A stretch of DNA of 64,000 nt from Sphyrna mokarran (GCA_024679065.1 JAGIQG010000010.1:75702001-75766000), one strand, 5' to 3'. Shown: positions 1-13,610, counted from the first letter of the stretch. Made by a program: numbers and translations. The notes: a model not told the origin generated them from the letters alone.

Positions 1-487
1 TTTGTGCTTGGTATGACTCCAACCAGTGGAGAGGTTTCCTCCAATTTCCACTGACTCCAGTTTTGCTTGAGTTCTTTGATGCCATAGTCAAATGCTGTTT
101 GGATGTCAAAAGTAGTCATGCTCATGTCACCTCTTGGTTCAGCTCTTTTATCGACGTTTGAACCAAAGTTGTACTGAGGTCAGGAGCTAAGTAACTCTTA
201 CGGAACCTAATCTGAATATCCATAGTCAGATTTTTGCTGAATAAGTGTTGCTTGATCACATCATTGATGATCGCTTCCATCACTTTACTGATGATTGAGG
301 GTAGATTGATGGGGTAGTAATTCACTGGGTTGATTGGTCCCCTGCATGTGGCATAACTGTGCAACTTTCCACATTGCTGGGTAGATGCCAGTAATGTAGC
401 TGTACTGGAACAGTTTGGCTGAAGGTGCAGCAAATTCTGGAGCACAAGCCTTCAGTACTACTGTCAGAATATTGTCAGGGTCCATAG
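1..487 (-). mobile_element. Degraded non-LTR retrotransposon (CR1/jockey group) reverse transcriptase fragment
   Basis: ORFs 285..485 and 122..445 read DPDNILTVVLKACAPEFAAPSAKLFQYSY..W..A and NPVNYYPINLPSIISKVMEAII, the usual RT N-terminal motifs, with frameshifts. Confidence 0.8.
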
Positions 488-494
488 GTTAAAC

Positions 495-830
495 TTTAAA
501 GCTTTGCAGTATCCAGTGCCTTATATTCCATCTGCCGAATTTTTGCCCATTCTCTTAACATATCTATATCCCTTTCTCTTAACATATCTATATCCGTATG
601 TGCTCCTCAAAACCTACTCTGCTATCTATTTTTGTGTCATCACCAAATTTAGCAACAGAATATTTGGTCCCTCCATCCAAGTCATTAATATACATTATAA
701 ATACTTGAGGCCTCAATACTAATCCATGTGGCACTCCACTAATTACAGCTTGCTAACTTGAAAATGGCCCATTTATTCCTATTCTCTGCTCCCTGTTAGC
801 TAATCAATTCTCAATGCATGTTAATATATG
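495..830 (-). mobile_element. Old CR1 LINE RT fragment containing a 24-bp tandem duplication (550-595)
   Basis: Reverse strand resembles the CR1 [18 protein letters not shown] region; ttctcttaacatatctatatcc occurs at 550-571 and 574-595. Confidence 0.55.
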
Positions 831-1515
831 TTAGCCCATAAATGTCTTAAGACGTGAAATCTTGTTCCATTTGGAAGTTTGGATTTCTCTTTTTAAAGGT
901 TATTGATCTTTATAGGGATTGTAACGAAGGTTGTAACTATGGTTGAACGTTTGTGGCTAGAATTTTTTGAGAGTTTTCCAGATCGACCATTATAACTTTA
1001 GCAGAAACCTCAAGTGGATGCACAAATGGGATTTTCATTGATATTCCACTGAAGTTACGCTGTCAATTTGGAGAAATCCTCAGGAAATTCCCAGTTTGAT
1101 GTCAATTGTTTTATACACTACACTAAAAACTCATAGTACAAATGATAGGCCAATCCAATTTTGAAGAGTTATTCAGGTCAGAAACATCAAGAAATATTAC
1201 TTACATGGATAATATGGTGCAAGTAAAATTTCAGCCTTTGCAAAGCTAGGCTTCCAAATAAATGCATAAAATCTTTGAAATAAAAATTACTTTGTTATTT
1301 AGGTGGAGCAGTGAATTGCCACTTAAATGCGATCAAAACTCTATTGAATATAGTTCTCATATATTCAGAAATCAGGATAGAGAGCTCATCAGCTTTCTGA
1401 TCTTAAAATAATAAAAAAAATATAAAATTAATGTAAAAATGTGATTTTAAATTGATCAGAATTGCAGTAATTGTCAGTTCAAATCTGCAACAACTTGGCA
1501 ACCTCAAATACTCAC

Positions 1516-1748
1516 TGTTTTCCTCTGTGCTTCCTTGAAAGGCAGGATTGTCTAGGCCATGCTCATCTACACAGACAGGTGTTGCTGAAGCAATGCTGTA
1601 TCCCACAGTTGTCGTTTCGGCCTGTAATTGGTCTGTATCTGATGGTTGCCCTGCCACAGTAGACGTGCTATCACTTCTAGTCTCAGTTTGTAATCTGCAA
1701 GTCCTCTGTAGCTCTAAAGCAGCTCTGTGGTTTGATGCTCCAGGACAC
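1516..1748 (-). CDS. LNX2: LNX2 second coding exon (linker with the NPAF Numb-binding motif)
   Basis: Acceptor ttttcctttttag| at 1749-1750 and donor |gtgagt at 1510-1515; 233 nt. Translates (R)CPGASNHRAALELQRT...DEHGLDNPAFQGSTEEN, matching LNX2 CPGASH...GLDNPAF. Phase is compatible with the exon ending at 42938. Confidence 0.93.
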
Positions 1749-3019
1749 CTAAAAAGGAAAACAGAACCAAATATATTTCAGCCTGTTTTGAAAGATAGAA
1801 AATTTTGAAAACCACTGAATTCTTAATTTCAGTGATTTCAGAAAGGCAAGACAAAATGTAAAGTACAGAGCAATTAGTATTTAGAAATTATAAAGTTGAA
1901 CACATTTAGTATTAATGACAAATGCAATAAAGCCAAGTACAACTTAGTCCAATTAGCCAACTTTTCCATAAGAACTGAGGTCTCTCCACCATGACACCAA
2001 ATTACCAGTTGATTGACTCTAGAACTTTTGATCTACATTAATTTATCTGGAAGATTATTTCAGGAATTGAGGAAGTTAAAAAATGATAACCTAGATTTGA
2101 TTCAGCATGCATGCCTGTGGTGTGAGAAGAGTGCTGCTTGATTTGTACTGTGTTGCATGTATTTGCTAGATCACTGCCTTTGATTATAAGCATGTATATT
2201 GATTTTCATGAAATTGTGCACTTTCACAGGAATTTAAGATGTGAAATAGCTTAAAATGGAGGCATTGCTGGGCCACTTTGGAACCCAGTTCAAAGAAGTA
2301 CCAAACACAAGAAGCTAGAGTACCCTGTGTCTTGAGACAAGCCATTGGCCACAGGAAATGCTGTCAGTGACGGCAATGAGATAAGTGTATACAAAATAAA
2401 AAGGGGAAATATTTTGTAAACTAAAAAAAGGATGGATTGTATCTATTTACAGAATTTTACATTCCACTGCTGGCAGGTTTGCAGATGGAATAGAGGAATA
2501 TAAAATTCCTCAGATCGCCTCTCCAGAGGCTCCTCCCCACTCTGACGTTTCTGTTACTTTATTGTGGGAAAGATGAATCACATGCTAATCTACCACCTTT
2601 CCCCTAAATGAGGCAGATGATTGGACAATTAATGACAATTTCAGGGCCATTTCCTGCCTGGCATCAATTCTCAGGCTGATAGGAGGAGAGGGAAGTGGAT
2701 ATGAACCCCCAGGGTTCATATCCACTTCCTGCATTGAGACACCATGTACTTACATTATCCTGGACTCCCGGGAAGTAGACTCTGGAGACTGTTTATAGTC
2801 TGAGTCCTGTCCCCTGCAGCTGCGGGCACCACCAGTCTGATTGCTGGCAGCTCTCTCAGGCAACACTTCTCCCAACCGAGAAGTTAAGTCCTGCCTCCAG
2901 ACAATTAACCCTTCTTGGGAATATTAAATAGCTGCAGAGCCAATGTGGACAGTGATGCATTCGCCACCAACTCTTCGGGTGGATAGACCTTCTATCCTAA
3001 AAATCCTGGTCCATGTATT

Positions 3020-4200
3020 TTAAAATAATCTAGGAAGAGATAGCAGAAGCATTTGTTCGAACATGGTGCAATAACAGAAGACTGGTTAACAGTTAATGTT
3101 ATTCCTACATTTAAGAAAGGGGGCAGAATATGCCAATTGAATAATAAACCAGTCATAGAACATAGAACATTACAGCGCAGAACAGGCCCTTCGGCCTTCG
3201 ATGTTGCGCCGACCAATTAGGAACAAGCAGTGACCCTTTAACCTAAACCATTCCCCTTTCATCCATAAACTTATCTACTAACCTCTTAAACGCCACCAAA
3301 CTTGGCGCATCTACAACTGACGCAGGCAAGGCATTCCATACCCTTACCACCCTCTGGGTAAAGAACCTACCTCTGACATCTGTCCTAAAACCACCACCCC
3401 TTAATTTAAAGCTATGTCCCCTCGTGCTAGCTTTCTCCATCCTAGGAAAAAGGCTATCACTGTCCACCTATCTAAACCTCTAATCATCTTATATGTTTCA
3501 ATAAGGTCTCCTCTTAGCCGCCTTCTTTCTAACGAAAACAACCTCAAATCCCTCAGCCTCTCTTCATAAGACCTGCCCTCCATACCAGGCAACATCCTGG
3601 TAAACCTCCTCTGTACCCTCTCCAATGCCTCCACATCTTTCTTATAATGTGGGGACCAGAACTGCACACAATACTCCAAGTGCGGCCGCACTAGAGTTTT
3701 GTACAGTTGCAACATGACGTTGAGGCTCCGAAATTCAATCCCCCTACCAATAAAAGCTAAGACTCCATATGCCTTCTTAACAACCTTATCGACTTGATTG
3801 CCAACTTTCAGGGATCTATGCACATATACACCAAGATCCCTCTGTTCTTCAACACTATTAAGAGTCCTACCATTAGCTCTATACTCTACACATTTGTTAT
3901 TCCTGCCAAAGTGAATTACCCCACACTTTTCCACATTAAACTCCATTTGCCACCTCTCGGCCCAGCTCTGCAACTTGTCCAAGTCTCTCTACAAACTAGA
4001 ACACCCCTCTTCACTATCTACCACTCCTCCGACTTTGGTGTCATCCGCAAATTTACTAATAGTCAGCTTAACATCAACTGAGAAATGGGAATGCTACTAA
4101 AGGATAATGTAGAACGTAAATATTTATAAAATAACAACAAATAGTGTGGATTTCAAGAAGGAAAATCTTGTTTGACCAATTTCATTGAATTTTTTTCAGG
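3020..4200 (+). mobile_element. Old CR1 LINE fragment (host of the young CR1 at 3156-4060)
   Basis: EDWLTVNVIPTFKKG before the insert and KSCLTNFIEFF after it; the host sequence is continuous across the duplicated AGTCA. Confidence 0.7.
3156..4060 (-). mobile_element. Young 5'-truncated CR1 LINE (ORF2 C-terminus, 3' UTR, (TTCTATG)n tail)
   Basis: ORFs 3401..3982 and 3243..3467 ([32 protein letters not shown]) with one frameshift; tail tagaacatagaaca; AGTCA repeated at 3151-3155 and 4061-4065. Confidence 0.92.
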
Positions 4201-4994
4201 AGCTAACAAGGAACAGTTTATGAAACATAGCTTGCATGCAGTAGATGGAAGGGGCTGCGAAATTGGTCTGGATTCCTGGTGGTCAGCTGAGCCCAATTAC
4301 ATGGCAGAAAGTATGAGCAAGTTATGCAAGCTTGCTGCCGAATCACAAGGCGGGGCCAGGAAACTCACACCACCTGATGACCACGCAGAATCTGGTGCCA
4401 TGTTTAATGAGGCAGCCAGCCTTGTGTCTGTTGAGTTGGAAATTATCCTACAGGCTTTAAACTCTGCAATTTAAACTTCCAGCATCTGAATTTCTGATGC
4501 ACAAAATACAACAGTCCAAAGTCCAGGCAAAAGATTCTTTCATTGTTGCACAAGATCATTCAATGGCATCAACAGAGCTTTGAGATGTCACAGTCCAGCC
4601 AGCACATTCCCTCCAGGAAATGAAGCATAAGGTGGATGACTTCCCATGCTGCCACCACTTTTCCCTTTCTTTGCAGATAGCTTCACAAAAGTCCTACCTT
4701 AGGGACTTAGCTGTGTAATGCCACTTTCAGGAATGATTCCTCAGTTATGGGATGTCTTCTAAATTTTAGACTCAGTACTTCTGATTCAGAATTTCCTGCT
4801 GGAGGCTCCATCTCTCAATGTCAGCTCAGTAGGTTTTAACACACAATAAATATCTCCAAGATCAATCCAGAGCCCTGTGACTCAGTCTGATGGACATTTA
4901 AAGGATTGAATGCACTTAGCATATCAATGAGCTTTGCGCCAGTAAAGGGCAAATTCACAGTTCTGTTACCTTGCTGTCACTGTCTTAATCATTC

Positions 4995-5091
4995 GGGGTC
5001 TGCTCCTGATGAAAGGGCAGACCCCAAAAGCTAGTGGGTTTACTATCAAATAAACTTGTTGGATTTTAACCTGGTGTTGTGAGACTTCTTA
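4995..5091 (+). mobile_element. Minimal Penelope-like (PLE) terminal insert with hammerhead-like core and 11-bp TSD
   Basis: CTGATGA at 5006-5012 followed by the same terminal sequence as the PLE at 19810 (aaataaac.tgttgga.tttaacctggtgttgtga.acttcttac); cttaatcattc flanks both sides (4984-4994, 5092-5102). Confidence 0.75.
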
Positions 5092-5794
5092 CTTAATCAT
5101 TCACAACAGGCTTGTCAAGTCATGGTCCGGTGCTGCCTAGAACCAATTGTTCAAACTATCTGTAAGGCAACTAAATTAGAAGTTGAATGATTCTGCAAAG
5201 AACTGCTCCTCCAATTGGAGACTGTTTCTCTCCTGTATTTGCTGCTGTAAGGCTCACTCAGTCGCAAAAGGTGGGAGAGAAACAATCGGTGAATGAAGGA
5301 GCGGCAGACACCAGTAGTGGTGAATTTGCTGAGAAGAAATAAATTTTCATGGCGGGAGTCAGTGGGAGGGAGCAAGAGACTGCTGGCCATACTCTGGCCA
5401 ATCTCACATTCTAATGTCATTTCAATTAATTATTATTTTTTAAATTATCAGTTAAGTTGCTCTGACATTGTTTTATTTTTGCTCAGCAACTTGTTTCTTT
5501 TCTTCATTACTCAACTTTATTTTGAAATGCAGTTTAATATTTTTCCAAACTTTATTTTTCTGAAATTTGCTCATTGGCCCCATGAATGAGGAAAAAAAAT
5601 GGAAATATGGCCCTTCATGCAAAAAAATTTGGACAAGCCTGGTTTACATTTACTTGCCAAGCACATAATTCTCCATGCCCATTCACTATCTTGCCCACTC
5701 CATTAGACCCCACAAAATCCAGTCCAATTTTTCTGTATATTCAAAAGACCTTGGTAAGAGTGCCCCAAAGTAGACTAATGAATGCACTAGGTCA

Positions 5795-8021
5795 CCAGTG
5801 ATAAAGAAGTATAAAAAAAAAGAGATAATCAGCCATGGATATCTAAGGAAATAAAGGAGGGTATCAAATTGAAAGAAAATGCATACAAATTGGCAAAGAT
5901 TAGTGGGAACCTAGAGGATAGGGAAACCTTTAAAGATCAGCAGAAAGTCATGAGAAAAGCTATGAAGAAAAGTAAAATGGACTATGAGAGTAAACTAGTG
6001 CAGAATATAAAAACATGTAGCAAAAGTTTCTACAAACATATAAAACAAAGAAGAGTCGCTAAAGTAAACATTAGTCCTTTAGAGGATGAGAAAGGGGATG
6101 TAATAACTAGAAACGGGAAAATGTCTGAGGCATTGAACAGGTATTTTGTGTGTGTCTTTACAGCAGAAGACACAAATAATATGCTAAAAATTGATAACAG
6201 GTGAGAACGAGAAATTATTATCACGCAAGAGGTAGTGTTGGGCAAGTTACTGGGAGCTAAAGGTAGACAATTCTCCTGATGGAATGCATCCCAGGGTACT
6301 AAAAGAGATGGTGGCAGAAATAGCAAATGCACAAATGGTAATTTACCAAAATTCACTGGACTCTGGGGTGGTTCCCACAGATTGGGCAGCAAATGTGACA
6401 CCACTGTTTAAAAAAGGAGATAGACAAAAGAGAGCTAACTATAGGACTGTTAACTTCTGTAGTAAGGAAAATGCTTGAATCTATCACTGAGGATATAAAT
6501 TATCCCAATGGGATAACTTATACAACACGCAACACGAGTGCATGAAGGGAAGGTCATGTTTGACTAATGTGGTGGAATTCTTTGAGAAAATTGCATGTGC
6601 AGTGGACTATGGGGAACCTGTGGATGTAGTGTATCTGGATTTCCAGAAGGCATTTGACAAGGTAACACACCAAAGACTGCTACACAAGATAAAGATGCAT
6701 GGTGTTGCAGGTAATATACTAGCATGGATATAGGATTGGTTAACTAACAGAAAGCAAAGAGTGGGGGGTAAATGGGTATTTTTCTGGTTCATGATCAGTG
6801 ACTAGTGGTGTGCTTCAGGAATCAGTGTTGGCAATTGTTTATGATGTACATAGATCATTTAGAGTTGGGGACCAAGTGTAGTGTGTCAAAATTTACAGAT
6901 AACACTAGGATGGGTGGAATAGCAAAGTGTGCAGAGGACACTGAAAGTCTGCAAAGGAATAGATAGAACATAGAACATAGAACAATACAGCACAGAACAG
7001 GCCCTTCGGCCTTTGATGTTGTGCCGACCAAAATAAAAAGCAATGCCCCTCCAAACTAAACCATTCCCTTCTCTTCCGTATACTTATCAATTAACCTCTT
7101 AAACGCCACCAAACTTGGCGCATCTACAACAGCTGCAGGCAGGGCATTCCACTCCCTAATCACTCTTTGAGTAAAGATATAGTCTAAGTGAGTGGGCGAG
7201 GGTCTGGCAGATGGAGTACAATATTGATAAATGTGAGGTCATCATTTTGGTAGGAATAACAGCAAAATGGATTATTATTTAAATGGTAAAAAATTGCAGC
7301 ATGCTGCTGCGCAGAGGGACTTGGTTGTCCTTGTGCAGGAATCTCAAGGAGTTGGTTTGCAGATGCAGCAGGTAATTAAGAAGGCAAATGAATTTTGTCC
7401 TTTATTGCAAGAAGAATGGAATTTAAAAACAGTGTGATTATGTTGCAGCTGTATAAGGTACTGATAAGGCCACACCTGGAGTACTGTGTACAGTTTTGGT
7501 CTCCTTACTTGAGAAAGGATATACTGGGACTGGAAGGGTGCAGAGGAGATTCACTAGGTTGATTCCAGAGTTGAGAGGCTTGACTTAAGAGGACAGACTG
7601 AGTAGACTGGGGCTCTACTCATTGGAATTCAGAAAATTGAGGGGAGATCTTACATAAACATGTAAGATTATAAAGGGAATAGATAAAATAGAAGCAGGGA
7701 AGTTGTTTCCACTGGCAGGTGAAACTAGAACTAGGAGGCATAGACTCAAAATAAGGGGAAGTAGATTTAAGACTGAATTGAGGAGGAACTTCTTCACACA
7801 AAGGGAAAGTGAATCTGTGGAATTCCCTGACCAGCGAAACAGCTGAGCTATCTCACTGAATATTTTTAAGGCAAATATAGATACATTTTTGAACAAAGGG
7901 TTATGGTGAGCAGGTGGGTAAGTGGAGCTGAGTCCACAAAAAGATCAGCCATGACCTTTTTGAATGGTGGAACAGGCTGGGGGAGGCCAGATGGCCTACT
8001 CCTGCTCCTAGTTCTTATGTT
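5795..8021 (+). mobile_element. Degraded CR1 LINE ORF2 (RT to 3' end)
   Basis: ORFs 5869..6204, 6284..6478 and 6542..6733 (HPRVLKE, GRSCLTNVVEFF, YLDFQKAFDKV); ends with the CR1 tail ggcctactcctgctcctagttcttatgttct. Confidence 0.9.
6964..7174 (-). mobile_element. 3' tail fragment of the young CR1 family, inserted into the older CR1
   Basis: tagaacatagaacatagaacaatacagcacagaacaggcccttcggcc is nearly identical to the starts at 3156, 22366 and 59116. Confidence 0.85.
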
Positions 8022-8349
8022 CTTTCCCAGACCATGCAGAAGCCCCTTCCCTGTGCCCTCATCCATCCTCACTCATTTGTGGCCTGGGTCCCTGTTGATC
8101 CATAGTCTCTGGTGAATTCATTACTAGCAGCAGCTTTTGCTGCTGGTCCTGCCAACGGCTGATGCAGAGCTGCCAGCAGACTTCTACCTGGGTATTTTAA
8201 ATCCCAGCAAAGGCCTGTGCTGGCCTTTAATTCTGGCAGGTTTTCCCCCAGTGGAGAATATGCAGGGCTCCTGTTGGTTTTCAGTGAACAGGCAAGATCC
8301 CTTCATCAACATAAAATTCTGCCCAGGGAATGGGAGTAGATAGTATTTA

Positions 8350-8785
8350 TTCAGAGTGACAGAAGGATGGAATGGCATTCCACAAGGATTAGTGAACTGC
8401 TGTTCACAAATGCATTAGTGATTTGGATTTAGGAATCAAAAACATAATTTTTAAATTTGTGGATGGCATCAAAATGAGAGGGATAGTCAATCCCAAAAAG
8501 GACTGCAGCAAATTACAAAATAGCCTTAATAAACTTGCAGAATGACTAAATAAGAAGCAAATAAATGTGAAATGGTATATTCTGGTAAAATGAATAAGGG
8601 GATTATTTATTACTTGGAAAGTCTAGGTAAAGGAATAAATGGATCTCAAAGTACAAACACATCAATCACAAAGTTGCGCTGCAGGTTAGTAATGCCATAA
8701 AAAAGCAAACCAAGAACTAGATTTTATTTCTGGAAGGATAGAATTGAAAATTAGAGAAATTATGCATAACCTGCACCAAACTTAG
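8350..8785 (+). mobile_element. Very degraded CR1 RT fragment
   Basis: Remnants of GIPQG, KFVDGIK and the IELK.REIM motifs. Confidence 0.55.
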
Positions 8786-11700
8786 GCAGAATTTTCCAGC
8801 TGTTCATGCCGTTGGGATTTTCTGGCCCCGCTGCAATGGACAGACATTTGGCTCAATGCCAAATTCTTCGTCCTTGCAGTAGCAACAGGACATGAGCAGC
8901 CGGAAAATGCTCTCAATCCAGCAGCAGAATTGTATATCTTTACAATTCAAATTAAACATGTTCCGTTGTAAAAGTCTATAAATTGGTTGCTGGATTGAAT
9001 CAGTTTTAGCATTTCAAATGTGCAGAGTTTTTGTACAAATTTATTTTAAATCCAACAGATTTCAGGTTGCAGGGATGAATACAAAGTGCACACGCAGGCC
9101 TAGGCGATAGGCTTAAGGTATTTTAGCTCCCGACCTGCAGCTGGCCAACTGCCATTCTAAAATGTGCAGAAGGTGTTAGCTGGTCAATGAATCAATATTT
9201 GGAAATCAGAGCCTCGCAGACAGTACCAGAAGGTGTGAAGTGCAGTGATTTTGGGAGTGTCTTGTAGGAAAGAGTAAGGGGATGTTTGTGATGGAGTAAG
9301 ATTTGCGACTTTCCTTTTAAAACTTAGAAGAGGACTCCAAAATTTTAATAACCTAACAGTGCAGATAAAATTATTTTAATAAAATGGTTCTTCAAAACAC
9401 AACAGAAACTTTATGAATGTCCTCACACATAAGACAATTTGAAATGCATGTTATCAACTCTTAAGCATCAAGGAACTTGTGCAACATAAATTTCAGGAAT
9501 TTTGTAAAATACTTTACCATTGCTGCTTGCTTCCTGCAAATAGCACATTTGTCCACAAACTGTTCACTCTACTTAAGTGCAAGAAGAAAAATCAGGATAT
9601 CTGATTTAGTTATTAGTTTCTCAACATCGGCATTTAATTCAATGCATTGACTGTGGCAAAAGCTATTTCCTGTACCTCAACCTGGTAACTGGATCCAGTT
9701 ACTTGGGCTTTTTTCTCACATCTTCCCCCCACCCCCACCACCACCCAGCATCCTCCTCTCACATAACATTAACAATTACCATGTAAGTCAGCAGTCTGGA
9801 CTTCAGGACATCCTTACCAACACCAACAATGGACTTAAAACTCATGTCTGTTGGCAATCGGAACAGAGAACTCATTACTTCCAACAGGTTTGCTGTTTCA
9901 CTGTCAGTCACTTGTGCCTTTGTGGGTTCACCAATTGTGTTGGATGCAGCTGCTTCCTCTGCTGGCCGATTGAATTTACAGTGAGGAAAGCAGCTGCCAA
10001 TAGATTCTGCTTTTAGATACAGGCACTTCATGCAAGTGCCACAGTTGTCAACTAACAAGGAAACTTTGTTATCTTGCAATGTCAGGGTTCAAAAAAAGAG
10101 CAATAGTCATGCATGCCTTCCTATTGTTTTGTTATGCTACATGGAGAGTAACAGCACCTAAAAAAAGCAGGCTTTTTAAAGAATTCTCAATTGTCAATGA
10201 CTTTATTTTCCCACCAGTCATGTCAAAAAGAGGAAATAGGATAGCAATATAGGATTTAAATTAATTAGATAGGAGACTTAAAACAATATATATCAAGTCT
10301 TTGTGCCAATACAAATGTACTTTTATGCATACATTTAATTAGTTTTGAGAACTGTTCAGTGACCAAATAGAGCAGTCCAGTTATTTTCATCTAAATATTT
10401 TATTAATAAGCACTAAAAATGTTTAAAATATATAAAATATCCATATGAGAGTACATTTGCCACTGCTTACAGTGAGCATGCAGGTACTAATGCGATTTTC
10501 CCACTGCATGCATTGGTTAGCTAAATACTATTATTATGAAACAAAGCTACAGCAAATCAGTATTCAGTAACTCAGTAAAAGTATATGCTGTGTAACTAGT
10601 TTTATTTAAATATTCATACAAGGTAATTGGACTCCAACAATATATTTTTTATTTATTCAACAATGGTTACTGTGGTGAGTACTAGAGTCCTAAATAATGT
10701 TAGAGGTATTATGTATATACTGAATGAAGTACAAACGATTGAGTGAACTAACTGTACTGAATAATATCGTTTAAGAATTTCCTGTCCATATATATGTATA
10801 CTTTGACTGCTACTCCAGGCTTAAGACCATTCACTTCATTTCCACTTTATATTTCCTCCTCTCCTTCTACTTCTTTTTTCTCTATCCTCCTGAACTTTCT
10901 CACTTGTTTTGCCTCCTTTCATTTCTCCTCTCTTAGGCACTCTTGCTTTCCAAATTCCTATACGAATCTTCTTTCTATTACTCTTCCATCATGGCTTGGC
11001 TCTCTCCTAAATTAGCTTTAAGCTTCTCAGTACCTCATCAGGCATTCTCTGAAGGGCCCATTAAAGCACTTGTCATTGCATTTTCACGAGAAACAATTCC
11101 AACTGGCCACCCCACAGTTTTACTGACCTTTTTACCCACATGCTGGCCACAGTCTGATCTCTCCAATCTCTTTCCCAGTTCTGACCCCATGGACTCTGCA
11201 GGTAGTTCAGCTGTCATCACTGCACCTCTCTGCATCTCCTTCCCGAATGTCCATTAATTCATGAACAATCCATTAACATTCTGGGTTATTGTACTGACAT
11301 ACGGCCTTATGAAAACTTGGCAGAGAATGGATGACACTTTCTCTTGAAGTCCCTGCCTTTCTATATCTTTCACTTTCATCACTTGCTTCACCCAGACCAT
11401 TGTGGTATGATTCTTACCACCAAATCCCACCTTAAGCTGCTCCCTACTGCTCTGTTCCTTTCTTCTCCTTGGAGACCTTTACCTTGTTTCATTCTCTCAG
11501 CTCTCATTTACAATCCTATTTTTTAACCACCCTCCCATTACCATGCCAATTTTATTAACAAGTTATCTTCGCTGCTTTTCTCCCAAGCATCTTACAAGCA
11601 ATTTCTCAACCGATATGATTTGAATTTCATCACAATTCATCATGTTCTCTCTCCCATGTTCATTCCTATCTTCTCAATTGATCCTGCCATGTAAAATCCC

Positions 11701-11837
11701 CAACCCATATTCATAGCCATTTGTTTGAATTTGCCATTTCAAAAAGGCCCTTTACTACCATTGGTATTGATCAGAGATAAGGCCATCTCTGGTCATTTTC
11801 ATAAGATCACTCCACTCATGTCCCCAAGGGACCCCCT

Positions 11838-11838
<1 letters not shown>

Positions 11839-11872
<34 letters not shown>
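11839..11872. repeat. (CA)17 microsatellite
   Basis: Directly visible. Confidence 0.95.
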
Positions 11873-11876
<4 letters not shown>

Positions 11877-13610
11877 CCTGCATCTCCTCCTCAAATAACT
11901 GTCTTGCAATTCACTTATAACTGAGGTCTCAAAATCCCTACTGTCTAGTCTTTGGCCCTCCGTTTACCATAAAGGGTCTGGAGTTACCAACCTGTTCAAC
12001 CACATCCCTACCCACACCTTTGATGCCCTAATCCCAATAAAACAATTACTCCTTTTCACTCTAGTTATTTCCCTGGTACAGGCACTCCATTTCCATTTGG
12101 GCACAGACTTCAACAGATAATGGTGGATAACTGGTTAGCCATCCACTATCAGAACCGGTTGAACCACATAAAGCACTATTGGGTCCTGTTTTCATCACTA
12201 AATACTTTGTACTTTTCCAGGATCATCTGGAATGGATATGCAATCTCCAGCTGTTGGTCCCTATTGCAAGCGGGGCCCTAGGGCCATTGAAGCCCCCGGG
12301 TTGTCAGGAGCATGGATGGGCAATATTCACCAAACCACCTGGCTATGCCAACTGGACACCCTGGCAGTGGCCACCAGGTGCCCCAGCAGTGGTTACTGGA
12401 CACAGCCAGTATTCCAGGGCAGTGCCAAGGGGGCAGGGCATAAAGGTGTAGATCATGAAGGGGGTCATGTTGGGGGTCAGGCATTGGGGGTCCCCAATGC
12501 CCATGTTGCAGAGGGAGTGGGGAACTTGTGTTGGGGTCTCCCAGTCTACTGAGAGATTGGGGCATTCTTGTGAAAAGGCACTCAGATGCTCTGAAGTTGG
12601 GATCACATTGTGTTTAGGCCCCCCTGCCATTCCATTCACCAAAACAGGCATTAACAACCCCCAACCCCCACTCACCACATCTTTACAACCCTCTCTTGTC
12701 TTAACTGAAATTCAGTTAAGTTAAGCAGGCCATTAGTGGCTTGTATTGAAGATGGAATTGCTTCAGAGTTGCTGAAAGCAATGCTTCATTGTTGATGAAG
12801 GGTGTATTCTCAGACTGGAGTTATTGTTCTGAGACTGTTGCTATTAACCTGTTCCATGTTTTAGCTCTGTTGACTTATGTATAGTTTCAGGCAAGGCCAA
12901 TTTTGCCCTTGATTTATATAAAACGAGAGGCAACATGGAGAACCAGTTTTTGTACAGAACAGATTGTAATCTGGAGTGCCTAAAAGGGCAATGGAAGCAG
13001 GTTCAATAACAGCATTCAAAAGAGAACAGGAAATATTTGAGGGGAAAAAATACAAAGCTGTAAGGAATAAGGAGGGAACAAAACTAATTAGATAGTCTGC
13101 CAAAAGCCAGTATGAGATTGATGGGTTAAATGGTTTCCTGTACTGTATGCTAGGATTCTATAAAAACACCAATTTGCATAAATTTATTTGAAAATGTGAC
13201 AGTTATACATCATAGGGATGATTTTGAGCCTGTGTTTGACATTCAAGATCTGGAAGTTGCAAGATCTGGATTTTGCCAGTGAGATTACGATCTTGGATCT
13301 TTTTTGCCTCTTGCAAGCAACTTCATCAGGTTCACATCAGTAGTAACTCGCTCCCTCGTTATATACTGACACCTACACCCCTCCCCCCACCACATATATT
13401 GATATTGTGCCAACAAGATGTCATTTTGGCACAGTTTACAACAGGTTCACTTAGACATGAATGTGTTATAGGGTTCACCCCAGGGGCATAAAGTATAGCC
13501 CCCCAGGGAGAGGGACATGGCCAGGCAGTGGCCTGGCCATAGCCCCTGGCACAGGTTGAGCTGGGGTGGTGGGGAAAGAGGTTTATTCAGGTAACGATCC
13601 TTTAAAGACG

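Noticed and set aside
1403-1657. ORF-track 84-aa ORF as a standalone gene
   Set aside because: It is part of the LNX2 exon (1516-1748) read from an internal GTG and running on into the intron.
12179-12724. Cluster of overlapping ORFs on both strands
   Set aside because: GC-rich interior typical of non-autonomous repeats in this genome; ORFs in most frames indicate composition, not coding.
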